The position numbers and the translations under genes were made by a program. A DNA stretch of 64,000 nt from Mycoplasmatota bacterium (lineage in GTDB: Bacteria > Bacillota_I > Bacilli_A > Izemoplasmatales > Hujiaoplasmataceae): contig JAGLYJ010000001.1 in assembly GCA_023132365.1 (NCBI GenBank), positions 1,063 through 65,062 of the forward strand, written 5' to 3'. Shown one piece after another: positions 49,317 to 58,820 of the stretch. Numbering within the stretch: position 1 is the stretch's first letter; every line of letters begins with the position of its first letter. The notes under the pieces are model-generated. The model had not been told where the DNA came from, ran no database searches, and was given only the letters and a program-made list of their open reading frames with translations.

Positions 49317-50342
49317 ATGAAAAAACCAACTGTTGGAATTGTAGGCACAGGAATATATTTACCAGAAACTAAAGTTACAGCAAAAGAAATTAGTGACGGA
49401 ACACAAGGTATGTGGACAGAAGATGCTGTAATTAATAAATTAGGAATAAAAACAAAGCTTAAACCTGGTAAATTAGACGGAACCCAAGAGATGGGCGTCT
49501 ATGCAGCAATTAATGTTTTAAAGAATACGAAAATCAATCCTCTAGATATAGATGTTGTCATCTGCGTTGGAGAAGAATGGAAAGAATATCCTTTAACAAC
49601 TTCAGCTTTATATATACAAGATAAAATTGGGGCTACAAATGCTTGGGGTATAGATGTTGCAAATCGTTGCTGTACAACTGTATCTGCAATGAAAATGGCA
49701 AAAGATATGTTAATAGCTGACGATGAAATTGATTTAATTTTGGTTGTTGGTGGTTATCGAAACAGTGATTTTGTTGATTACTCAGATAAACACATGTCTA
49801 TGATGTATAACTTAAGTGCAGGTGCTGGTGCAATTATACTTAAGAAAAACCATAATAGAAATATTTTATTTGGCTCTCATATTATCGCTGATGGTTCTTT
49901 GTCAAGAACTGCTGGGGTAGAAATTGGGGGGACTAAAAATCCAATAACTCATAAAAATTTAGAAGAGTCAAAAAAATCTTTAAGATTAATGGATCCAGTT
50001 AAGATGAAAGAGAGATTAAATAAAGTTTCTATGCCAAACTGGATTGAATGTATTGATAATGCATTAAGAAAATCTAATTTTGAAAGAAAAGATATTGATT
50101 ATTTAGCTGTCTTACATATTAAAAAATCAGGACACTTAGGTATTTTAGAAGCATTAGGATTAACAGAAAAACAAACAATATATTTAGAAGATTACGGACA
50201 TATAGGTCAAGTAGACCAAATCCTATCTTTACATTTGGCTCTTGAGCAAAGGAAAGTTAAAGATGGATCTGTGATTTGTATGTTAGCTGCGGGTATAGGT
50301 TATGTTTGGGCGGCTAATATTATTAAGTGGGGTGAGGCTTAA
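49317..50342 (+). CDS. Atypical KAS-III-like (FabH-fold) condensing enzyme
   Basis: GTGIYLP, NRCCTT, SAGAGA, LHIKK, YGHIGQVD, AAGIGYVW. Confidence 0.85.
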   Translation: MKKPTVGIVGTGIYLPETKVTAKEISDGTQGMWTEDAVINKLGIKTKLKPGKLDGTQEMGVYAAINVLKNTKINPLDIDVVICVGEEWKEYPLTTSALYIQDKIGATNAWGIDVANRCCTTVSAMKMAKDMLIADDEIDLILVVGGYRNSDFVDYSDKHMSMMYNLSAGAGAIILKKNHNRNILFGSHIIADGSLSRTAGVEIGGTKNPITHKNLEESKKSLRLMDPVKMKERLNKVSMPNWIECIDNALRKSNFERKDIDYLAVLHIKKSGHLGILEALGLTEKQTIYLEDYGHIGQVDQILSLHLALEQRKVKDGSVICMLAAGIGYVWAANIIKWGEA

Positions 50343-51463
50343 TGTTTGATACAACTGGGTTTTGGCAGAAAACATTTATATTTGTTATTGTTTTAGTTGC
50401 TATATACGCAATTGTTAATTTAGTCTTTTTAAGAAAAATTAAAAACAAAAGTAAAATACAAAATATCATGATAAATGTTCTTTTAGGAATCGGGATATTT
50501 TATCTGTTCCTAAGAATATTTAAGGTTATACCAGAATTTTTTGATCCAGGGTTTTTCTTTATGCAAACAATTGTTAATTCAATTACACAAGTATGTGTTT
50601 TGGCATTAGCAACAACAGGAATAGTTTTGATTTTTAAAACATCAACTACAACTAATTTCTCACAGGGGATGGTAGCTACATTTGGAGCTTTCGCAGCTGC
50701 TAGATTGATTATTCATTTTGCAGCTACATATACCGAACTTGGAAATACTACTATAGTATTATTTGGAGTTTTAGGAGGAGGAATTACCGCCTTCTTATTG
50801 GGAGTTTGTATTGACGTGTTTATCATTAGAAAATCCAAAGTAAGAACGCCTATAGGTAAACAGATGATTACAATGGGGTTAGTTCTAGTTTTTTCTGGGG
50901 CAATTCCAATTATCTTTGGAACATTACCAATAACAATTCCTAGAATTTCATATGATCCAAATGTTATATTTACACTATTTGGAAAAACATTATCAATTAC
51001 AGTAAGCGCAATATATGCTTTAGGTATCTCAATTGTACTATTAGGACTTCTATTCTCAGCACTTCGTTTTACTAAGTGGGGCTTAGGTGTAAGAGCTACA
51101 GCTTCTAATGAAGTTGTCGCTAGTATGATGGGAGTTAACACTAGAATGATCACAGCGTTTAGCTGGGGAATTGCAGGCCTCTTAGGAGGGGTTGCAGCAG
51201 TTATTCTAGCGCCTAATAGTGGTAACGTTCAAGTTGCATTAATGATACCAACTCAGGTCAATGGATTCATGGCGGCTATTCTGGGAAGTTTTTCTTCTTT
51301 CTTAGGACCTTTAGTAGCGAGTATCTTAATACCTGTTTTAACTAGTTTATTAGTATTTGTTGTACCTTTATGGCAAAATGCTGTTGTTTACATAATTATT
51401 TTGGTTATCGTATTAGTTAAGCCTTTTGGCTTATTCGGTAATCCGATTGCGAAGAAGGTGTAA
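50342..51463 (+). CDS. HAAT-type ABC permease (LivH-like) with extra N-terminal TMs
   Basis: GIVLIFKTS...NFSQG, TKWGLGVRATASN...MMGVN. Confidence 0.88.
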   Translation: MFDTTGFWQKTFIFVIVLVAIYAIVNLVFLRKIKNKSKIQNIMINVLLGIGIFYLFLRIFKVIPEFFDPGFFFMQTIVNSITQVCVLALATTGIVLIFKTSTTTNFSQGMVATFGAFAAARLIIHFAATYTELGNTTIVLFGVLGGGITAFLLGVCIDVFIIRKSKVRTPIGKQMITMGLVLVFSGAIPIIFGTLPITIPRISYDPNVIFTLFGKTLSITVSAIYALGISIVLLGLLFSALRFTKWGLGVRATASNEVVASMMGVNTRMITAFSWGIAGLLGGVAAVILAPNSGNVQVALMIPTQVNGFMAAILGSFSSFLGPLVASILIPVLTSLLVFVVPLWQNAVVYIIILVIVLVKPFGLFGNPIAKKV

Positions 51464-51465
51464 TT

Positions 51466-52548
51466 ATGCTATATAAAAATGAAATGTATAAAGAAAGAAA
51501 AGCAAAAATTCAAGCAATTAAAAATCATCCATATTTTGGATTTGTAATATTAACATTATTAATGCTGGTAGTTCAATTACTTAGAGTAGTTGGAGTAGAT
51601 GTTCCAATCACTATATTAAGAGCTTTTGGGTTAACAATGATTTATATTATTATTGCCTTAGGGTTCAGTATCTTGCTAGGATATGCAGGGCTAGCATCGT
51701 TAGGTACTGCAGGATTCGTTGGGATTGGTACGTATATAGTTGGTTATTTCACAAAAAATTTAGAAGTATCAATATTCTTGATTATATTAATAACAATAGT
51801 TGGAGCTATTGTAATTGGTACAATTGTTGGGTTTATATCCCTTCGGATTGAAGGAATGTATCTGGCGATTATTACTTTGGGACTATCAGAGATATTAAAT
51901 GAAGTATTTAAAAATGCTGTAAATATTACTAATGGAACTAATGGTTTAGGAATCAATGGATTAGTATTATTTAAAAATATAATCAATATTGATCACAATA
52001 CGATATTTGTAATACTAGCTGTATTTATGTTTGCCATAATGATTTTGACTTTAAATATTATGAAAAGTCCTACTGGTAGAGCATTACTGGCTATGAGAAA
52101 CTCGTCATCAGCTGCTCAAGCAATGGGTGTAAGTATATTTAAATATCGTTTATTAGCATTTATAACATCAAGTGTATATGCATTCCTTGGGGGTGTATTC
52201 TACATGTCTTACGTATCTTTTACAATTCCAACTTCGTGGTCATTAGCATTCTCACTTAATATTTTAGCTGCAGTTATTGTTGGTGGGGCACAATCAATTT
52301 ATGGAATTGTTTTAGGAACCTTCATGATTTTTGGATTAAATTTAGCTGTATTTCAACAAATACCTCTATTTATTGAAAATCCAGCCATTAGTGTTGTATT
52401 CAATGGAGTATTGATTATTGTTGTTATTATGTTCTATCCTGGTGGTTTAATTAGGCTAGTTAACACAATTAGTTTTAAACTAAAAGCGAAAATAAGAATT
52501 TGGAAACAACGAAGGAGGGAATATAAGTATGGCGTCGATTCTGAATAA
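51466..52548 (+). CDS. HAAT-type ABC permease (LivM-like)
   Basis: GYAGLASLG, LRIEGMYLAIITL, SPTGRALLAMR, IVGG, YPGG. Confidence 0.9.
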   Translation: MLYKNEMYKERKAKIQAIKNHPYFGFVILTLLMLVVQLLRVVGVDVPITILRAFGLTMIYIIIALGFSILLGYAGLASLGTAGFVGIGTYIVGYFTKNLEVSIFLIILITIVGAIVIGTIVGFISLRIEGMYLAIITLGLSEILNEVFKNAVNITNGTNGLGINGLVLFKNIINIDHNTIFVILAVFMFAIMILTLNIMKSPTGRALLAMRNSSSAAQAMGVSIFKYRLLAFITSSVYAFLGGVFYMSYVSFTIPTSWSLAFSLNILAAVIVGGAQSIYGIVLGTFMIFGLNLAVFQQIPLFIENPAISVVFNGVLIIVVIMFYPGGLIRLVNTISFKLKAKIRIWKQRRREYKYGVDSE

Positions 52549-53917
52549 GATAAAAATATCTTGGATTAATGGCAGAATTAAAAGTCATCAAACAAAACAT
52601 GATTTTAATTCAAGCTTCCTTCCAATTAGAACTAGTTATCTAGAATCTATAAAAGCAAATAAACTTAAGATATTAGATTTAAAATATAAAAATCAATTAT
52701 TACCATTTGAAATAAAAGCCGGAATCAAATCGGATTTTGTACAAAAAGAATTTGATGAAGCTAAACAAGAAATCGAAGATAAATTTTCCTGGAAAGAAAG
52801 GGCAGCAAAACAAGCGCTGATAAGAAATAACGCACAAGATACTGGAGAACTTGAAAACTTAAAAATTGAGAAGAATAACATATTAGCTAGTATAAAAGAT
52901 AAATTTTATCTCGAAACCCCTTTAAAAACTGATGTAGAAGCATATGAATCAAATAAGAAAATTATCAATGAAGCATATCATTTAAAAGTTCAAAAAATTG
53001 AAGAAAAGTTTTCAAGTAAGTTAGCTGCATTTGTAACTAAAATTAATATATCAATTGAATCTCATCAAATTGCTTTAAAACTACTTAAAACTTCACTGTC
53101 AAAAGTTGAAGTTAATGTTAAGAAAGAAGTTTTTGATGAAGATATTGTCTTAAAAATTGATAACCTTTCAATGTATTTTGGTGGGTTGAAAGCTGTTGAT
53201 AAACTCAGTTTTGAGGTCAAAGAAGGTGAAGTATTTGGTTTGATTGGGCCAAATGGAGCTGGTAAAACAACAGTATTTAACTGTATAACAAGATTTTATA
53301 AGCCCTCTGATGGAGACATATACTTCAAAAATAACTTAAATGAAATAGTTCATTTAAATGATATTGCTGTGCATAATGTTATTAAAGAAGGGATTGTTAG
53401 AACCTTCCAAAATGTAGAAATGATTTGGGAATTAAATATTATCGATAACTTATTAGTAGCAGCTCATACAATGTATCGCAGTGGTTTCTTTGGACATTTG
53501 TTTAATTCAAGATTATTAAGACAAGAAGAAATAGTAATGAGAAAAAAAGCCGAGAAGATTTTGCTTGATTTAGACTTATTACAATACGGTTACCAATACC
53601 CGTTAGGGTTACCTTATGGGATATTGAAGAAAATTGAGTTAGCTAGAACTTTAATGATTAATCCAAAATTAATTATCTTAGATGAGCCAGCAGCTGGCCT
53701 TAATGACGCTGAAACTACAGGATTAGCTGATACAATTAAAAAAATCCAAAAAGATTATCAAGCAACAATCTTCTTGGTAGAACATGATATGGGATTAGTT
53801 ATGGATATCTGTGACACAGTTTGTGCAATCTCATTTGGTCAAAAATTAGCAATTGGAACGCCTAAAGAAATTCAAAGTAGTAAAGTAGTCCAAGAAGCTT
53901 ATTTAGGTGGTGAGTAA
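52529..53917 (+). CDS. HAAT-type ABC ATPase (LivG-like) with a ~200-aa N-terminal extension
   Basis: FGGLKAVD, GPNGAGKT, RTFQN, LPYG, LDEPAAGL, VEHDM, EAYLG. Confidence 0.9.
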   Translation: MASILNKIKISWINGRIKSHQTKHDFNSSFLPIRTSYLESIKANKLKILDLKYKNQLLPFEIKAGIKSDFVQKEFDEAKQEIEDKFSWKERAAKQALIRNNAQDTGELENLKIEKNNILASIKDKFYLETPLKTDVEAYESNKKIINEAYHLKVQKIEEKFSSKLAAFVTKINISIESHQIALKLLKTSLSKVEVNVKKEVFDEDIVLKIDNLSMYFGGLKAVDKLSFEVKEGEVFGLIGPNGAGKTTVFNCITRFYKPSDGDIYFKNNLNEIVHLNDIAVHNVIKEGIVRTFQNVEMIWELNIIDNLLVAAHTMYRSGFFGHLFNSRLLRQEEIVMRKKAEKILLDLDLLQYGYQYPLGLPYGILKKIELARTLMINPKLIILDEPAAGLNDAETTGLADTIKKIQKDYQATIFLVEHDMGLVMDICDTVCAISFGQKLAIGTPKEIQSSKVVQEAYLGGE

Positions 53918-53918
53918 A

Positions 53919-54662
53919 ATGGCTAAGATGTTAGAAGTAAAAAATTTAATTGTTGATTACGGAATTATTAGAGCAATTAAAGGAATTAATTTATCAGTAG
54001 AAGAAGGAAACATTGTGGCGATATTAGGAGCTAATGGAGCAGGGAAAACTTCAACTATTAGAACAGTCAATGGTGTTGTTAAAGCTAGTGGTGGAGAGAT
54101 TCTATTAAAAGGCGAAAAGATTACTAATCTAGAACCTTATAAATTAGCAGCTAAAGGAATTATTCAATCTCCAGAAGGAAGATTGATTCTGAAGGGACTA
54201 ACAGTTGAAGAAAACCTAAATGTTGGAGCATATTCTTTAAAGTCTACTGTAATTGATGGGGTTAAGAAATCAGCTAAACATTTAAGAAAAGAAATCTTAA
54301 AAGAAGTTTATATATTGTTTCCAGTTTTAAAAGAAAGAAAAAAACAACAAGCATCAACTTTATCAGGTGGAGAACAACAAATGTTAGCAATCGGTAGAGC
54401 CTTGATGGCGAAACCAAAATTATTATTGCTAGATGAACCTTCACTAGGATTAGCACCACTAATTGTACGAGAAATATTTCAAAAGATTCAACAAATAAAA
54501 GAAAAAGGAACCACAATCCTTATCGTTGAACAAAACGCTTATCAAACTCTAAAAATAGCTGATTATGTGTATGTTTTAGAGTTAGGAAAAGTGAAATCTG
54601 AAGGAAAATCAGAAGATTTATTAAAAGACGATCAATTAGTTAAAGCCTATTTAGGCGGTTAA
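53919..54662 (+). CDS. HAAT-type ABC ATPase (LivF-like)
   Basis: GANGAGKT, SPEGR, LSGGEQQMLAIGRAL, LDEPSLGLAP, VEQN. Confidence 0.93.
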   Translation: MAKMLEVKNLIVDYGIIRAIKGINLSVEEGNIVAILGANGAGKTSTIRTVNGVVKASGGEILLKGEKITNLEPYKLAAKGIIQSPEGRLILKGLTVEENLNVGAYSLKSTVIDGVKKSAKHLRKEILKEVYILFPVLKERKKQQASTLSGGEQQMLAIGRALMAKPKLLLLDEPSLGLAPLIVREIFQKIQQIKEKGTTILIVEQNAYQTLKIADYVYVLELGKVKSEGKSEDLLKDDQLVKAYLGG

Positions 54663-54728
54663 GATTGGTAATAGCCAGATAACAAGACATGGTTAATTAT
54701 AGAAAAAATTTATAAAAAGGAGATCATT

Positions 54729-55898
54729 ATGAAGAAGTTAGTATTATTATTATCATTAGTAGTTCTTAGTTTCGTATTCGTCGGATGTGGCGAAACAACT
54801 ACAGAGGCTACTACAGCTGCTTCTACAACAGAAGCAGCAACAACAACAGAAGCAACAACAACAGAAGCAACAACTGCAGAAGCTGATCTTACTTATGAAA
54901 TTGCACTTGTTACCGACGTAGGAAACATTGATGATAAATCATTCAATGAAGGTGCATGGAACGGTGTAGTTCAATATGCAACAGATAATGATATTTCTTA
55001 TACTTACTATCGTCCAACTGAAGATAGTGACGCAGCTAGAGTTGAATCAATTGATGCAGCTATAGCAGCTGGAGCAAAAGTTGTAGTATGTCCAGGGTAT
55101 TTATTTGAAACAGCTGTTTATGAAGCACAAGCAGCTCATCCAACAATAGCTTTCTTATTACTAGATGGTGAACCTCATACTGCTGACTATGTAACTTATG
55201 AAACTAAAGAAAATACTCACAACATATTATATCAAGAAGAACAAGCTGGATTCCTTGCAGGATACGCAGCAGTTATGGACGGATATAGAGAATTAGGATT
55301 CATGGGTGGAATGGCAGTTCCTGCTGTTATACGTTTTGGATACGGATATGTTCAAGGAGCTGACTACGCTGCTGACGAATTAGGTTTAACAGCTGGCGAT
55401 GTAAATATCAAATTTGGATACGCTGACGCATTTTGGGCAAGCCCAGAATTAGAAACAAAAATGGATTTATGGTACTCAGGTGGAACTGAAGTTGTATTCG
55501 CAGCAGGCGGCGGATTATACTTATCTGTAGTAGCTGCAGCTGAAAACACAACTGACGGTAAAGTTATTGGAGTTGACGTTGATCAAGTAGCTGAATCAGA
55601 TAGAATTATTACTTCTGCTATGAAAGGTTTAACTTCATCAGTATATGGATCATTATCAAGATTCTATGACAATTCAATGACATGGCAAGCATTATATGCT
55701 GGTAAAACATCAGTTCTTGGCGCTATAACAGGCGGTATTGGTCTTCCAACTGCAGATGCTTCTTGGGGATTTGATACTTTCACAGTTGCAGATTATGATG
55801 CAATTTTCGCATTATTAGTAGATGGTACTGTAGTAGTAGGTACAGCTATTGATGCAGCTCCAACAGTATCACTAGTTACAGTAGAATACGATCAATAA
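54729..55898 (+). CDS. BMP-family (PnrA/TmpC-like) nucleoside-binding lipoprotein
   Basis: Lipobox FVGC, Thr/Glu/Ala linker, DVGNIDDKSFNE, EEQAGFLAG, IGVDVDQ, TSAMK. Confidence 0.92.
   Translation: MKKLVLLLSLVVLSFVFVGCGETTTEATTAASTTEAATTTEATTTEATTAEADLTYEIALVTDVGNIDDKSFNEGAWNGVVQYATDNDISYTYYRPTEDSDAARVESIDAAIAAGAKVVVCPGYLFETAVYEAQAAHPTIAFLLLDGEPHTADYVTYETKENTHNILYQEEQAGFLAGYAAVMDGYRELGFMGGMAVPAVIRFGYGYVQGADYAADELGLTAGDVNIKFGYADAFWASPELETKMDLWYSGGTEVVFAAGGGLYLSVVAAAENTTDGKVIGVDVDQVAESDRIITSAMKGLTSSVYGSLSRFYDNSMTWQALYAGKTSVLGAITGGIGLPTADASWGFDTFTVADYDAIFALLVDGTVVVGTAIDAAPTVSLVTVEYDQ
54795..54884 (+). repeat. Low-complexity tandem repeat encoding the TTTEA linker
   Basis: Imperfect (ACAACAACAGAAGCA)n repeats. 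Confidence 0.8.
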
Positions 55899-55919
55899 AA
55901 TTACAAAATAATGAACATA

Positions 55920-55950
55920 AGAAAAGGGACTAACCCTTTTCTTTTTTTTT
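55920..55950 (+). terminator. Intrinsic terminator after the BMP gene
   Basis: AGAAAAGGG-actaa-CCCTTTTCT followed by a T run. Confidence 0.85.
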
Positions 55951-56041
55951 GCCTTTTAGTTCTGATTTATGATATAATATTTTAAACAGTATGTATATAT
56001 ACATAAGATTTGAAATTTAGTATTGTTTGGAAAGGATTCGT

Positions 56042-57607
56042 ATGGAAAACTACATTATTGAGATGGAAAACATCCGTAAAGAGTTTCCCGGGGTTGTTGC
56101 TAATGACAATATTACTCTAAGATTGAAAAAAGGTGAAATTCACGCATTGCTTGGTGAAAATGGGGCCGGTAAATCTACTTTAATGAGTGTTTTGTTTGGA
56201 TTGTATGTTCCGGAAAAAGGCGTTATCAAGAAAAATGGAGAAGTTGTGAACATTGCTAACCCTAATGCTGCTAATGCTTTGGGTATTGGAATGGTACATC
56301 AACATTTCAAATTAGTGGAAGTATTTACAGTTTTAGAAAACATTATTTTGGGAGCAGAGCCAACAAAAAATGGATTTCTAACCACTAAAGAGGCTCGCGA
56401 TAAAGTTGTAAACCTTAGTGAAAAATTTAATTTAAAGGTGGATGTTGATGCTGTTATTGAAGACATCTCTGTTGGTATGCAACAAAGAGTTGAAATTTTA
56501 AAGATGCTTTATAGAAATAATGAAGTATTGATTTTTGATGAACCAACAGCTGTATTAACACCTCAAGAAATTGATGAATTAATGAAAATTATGAAAAACT
56601 TAATTAAAGAGGACAAATCTATCCTTTTCATTTCTCATAAATTGAACGAAATCATGAGTGTTTGTAATCGAGTTTCTGTTCTTAGAAAAGGGAAATATAT
56701 TGGTACTGTTGATGTAAAAGATACTACAACTTCAAAACTATCTGAGATGATGGTAGGTAGACATGTTGAAGGTGTTAAATTATCGGACGTTAAGAAAAAA
56801 GGAAAAGTGGTTTTAGATGTTGATAATATTACAGTAATTAGTAAATCACATAAAAATAATGCAGTTAATAATGTTTCTTTTCAAGTTCATGAAGGTGAAA
56901 TATTAGGTATTGCAGGTATTGAAGGAAACGGACAAACTGAATTAGTTTATGGAATAACAGGTTTAGAAAAAATTTCTGAAGGTAGAGTACTTCTTGACGG
57001 ACAAGATCTCACAAAAAAAAGTATCCGTGAAAGAAACCTTATGGGAATGAGTCATATACCTGAAGATAGACATAAACACGGATTAGTTCTAGATTACAAT
57101 TTAGCTAACAATTTAGCTTTAAAAAAATACTTCCAAGAAGGATTCCATAAACGAGGATTTATTAATAAATCTCGCGTAATAGAACATGCAGAGAAACTAA
57201 TTGAAGACTTTGATATTAGAAGTGGTAAAGGTGCTACAACACCAGCTAGAAGCATGAGTGGAGGTAACCAACAGAAAGCGATTATCGCTAGAGAAATTGA
57301 TTGCGAATCGAAATTGTTGGTAGCTGTACAGCCAACAAGAGGATTAGATGTTGGTGCAATTGAAAATATACATAGAACCCTAATAGCACAAAGAGACAAT
57401 GATAAGGCAATTTTAATGATAAGCCTTGAATTGGATGAAATTTTAGATATTAGTGATAGAATTCTGGTTATGTACAATGGTGAAATAGTTGCCGAATTAG
57501 ATCCAAAGAAAACATCAGCTAATGAAATTGGTTTATATATGGTTGGTTCTAAAGTACAGGATAAAGCACCAAAAAAAGAGGTGAAAGCAAATGCTAAAAG
57601 ACATTAA
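56042..57607 (+). CDS. CUT2-family nucleoside ABC ATPase (YufO/NupA-like, two ABC domains)
   Basis: VVANDNI, GENGAGKST, GIGMVHQHF, FDEPTAVLTPQE, SGGNQQK, QPTRGLDVGA. Confidence 0.94.
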   Translation: MENYIIEMENIRKEFPGVVANDNITLRLKKGEIHALLGENGAGKSTLMSVLFGLYVPEKGVIKKNGEVVNIANPNAANALGIGMVHQHFKLVEVFTVLENIILGAEPTKNGFLTTKEARDKVVNLSEKFNLKVDVDAVIEDISVGMQQRVEILKMLYRNNEVLIFDEPTAVLTPQEIDELMKIMKNLIKEDKSILFISHKLNEIMSVCNRVSVLRKGKYIGTVDVKDTTTSKLSEMMVGRHVEGVKLSDVKKKGKVVLDVDNITVISKSHKNNAVNNVSFQVHEGEILGIAGIEGNGQTELVYGITGLEKISEGRVLLDGQDLTKKSIRERNLMGMSHIPEDRHKHGLVLDYNLANNLALKKYFQEGFHKRGFINKSRVIEHAEKLIEDFDIRSGKGATTPARSMSGGNQQKAIIAREIDCESKLLVAVQPTRGLDVGAIENIHRTLIAQRDNDKAILMISLELDEILDISDRILVMYNGEIVAELDPKKTSANEIGLYMVGSKVQDKAPKKEVKANAKRH

Positions 57608-58820
57608 ATCACCTCAGGTAAAGAAAAAAAGAGTGATTTCAGATAAATCATTAACATTTATTTCAGCATTATTTGCTATTTTAGCTGGGCTGGTAATGAG
57701 TTTTATATTATTATACATTTTGGAGGCAACAAAAGCAGAGTCAAATTATGCTTTGCCAGTACAAGTATTTAATAATTTTTTAACATATGCATTTAAAGAT
57801 ACACGATCAATTATTAAAGTTTTATATAATGCAGCGCCCCTTATCCTTGTTGGATTGTCTGTAGGTTTTGCATTTAAGGCAGGTTTATTTAATATTGGTG
57901 CTACCGGACAATATACTGTAGCTGCATTTTTCTCATTAGTTGCAGTAATCTTATGGGGGTTCCCATGGTGGGCAGCTATATTAGTTGCTATGATTACTGG
58001 TGGGCTTTGGGGATTTGTCCCAGGATATTTTAAAGCTAAGTTCAACATTAATGAAGTTATCACAACCATTATGTTAAACTGGGTAGCTTTGTATTTTACA
58101 AAATTACTTCTTTATAACTTGCCAGAGCTTAGAACATTACCACCAGGTAATAGAACTGATCCTATTGCTTATCATAACCCAACAGGATTACTTCCAGACC
58201 TAGGTTTGAAAGAATTAACGGGTAGTTCTTTCATTAATATTGGAATTATTATTGCTATAGTTGTAGCTATAATAATTTATATTGTTATGAATAAAACTAC
58301 ATTTGGTTTTGAAATAAAGGCTTGTGGTCATAATAAAGATGCTAGTATTTACGCTGGTATTAAAGCAAAAAGAACCATTGTCTTAACAATGATTATCAGT
58401 GGAGCTTTAGCTGGTATTGCTGGAGCTGTAAGTTTTTTAGCAGGAACAATTCAATTTACTACAGATAGTGTACTATTACCTATGGGATTCAATGGGATAC
58501 CAGTAGCATTACTTGCGTTTTCTAATCCTCTAGGTATTGTGGTTTCAGGTGTATTCATCGGATATTTATATGTTGGTGGACAAGCATTTGAAGGAGTTTA
58601 TAGTAGTGAAGTTACAAATATAATTTTATCTGTAATTATATATTTTAGTGCATTTGCATTAATTGTTAGTCAAATGATAAGAAGAAAACTTTCTAACGGA
58701 AATGATGATAGTGGCACTGGTAAAGGAAATATATTTAAACGAATTAAAGAAAAAACAGTCTCCTTATTTAAGAAAAAAGAAGATGTCGTCGAGAACGATG
58801 AAGAGGAGGTGACTAACTAA
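57591..58820 (+). CDS. Nucleoside ABC permease (YufP/NupB-like)
   Basis: FKAGLFNIGATGQ, INEVITTIMLN, GFNGIPVALL. Confidence 0.92.
   Translation: MLKDIKSPQVKKKRVISDKSLTFISALFAILAGLVMSFILLYILEATKAESNYALPVQVFNNFLTYAFKDTRSIIKVLYNAAPLILVGLSVGFAFKAGLFNIGATGQYTVAAFFSLVAVILWGFPWWAAILVAMITGGLWGFVPGYFKAKFNINEVITTIMLNWVALYFTKLLLYNLPELRTLPPGNRTDPIAYHNPTGLLPDLGLKELTGSSFINIGIIIAIVVAIIIYIVMNKTTFGFEIKACGHNKDASIYAGIKAKRTIVLTMIISGALAGIAGAVSFLAGTIQFTTDSVLLPMGFNGIPVALLAFSNPLGIVVSGVFIGYLYVGGQAFEGVYSSEVTNIILSVIIYFSAFALIVSQMIRRKLSNGNDDSGTGKGNIFKRIKEKTVSLFKKKEDVVENDEEEVTN

Noticed and set aside
54795-54884. CRISPR-like repeat array
   Set aside because: It is an in-frame, low-complexity Thr/Ala/Glu linker with no spacers and no cas genes.
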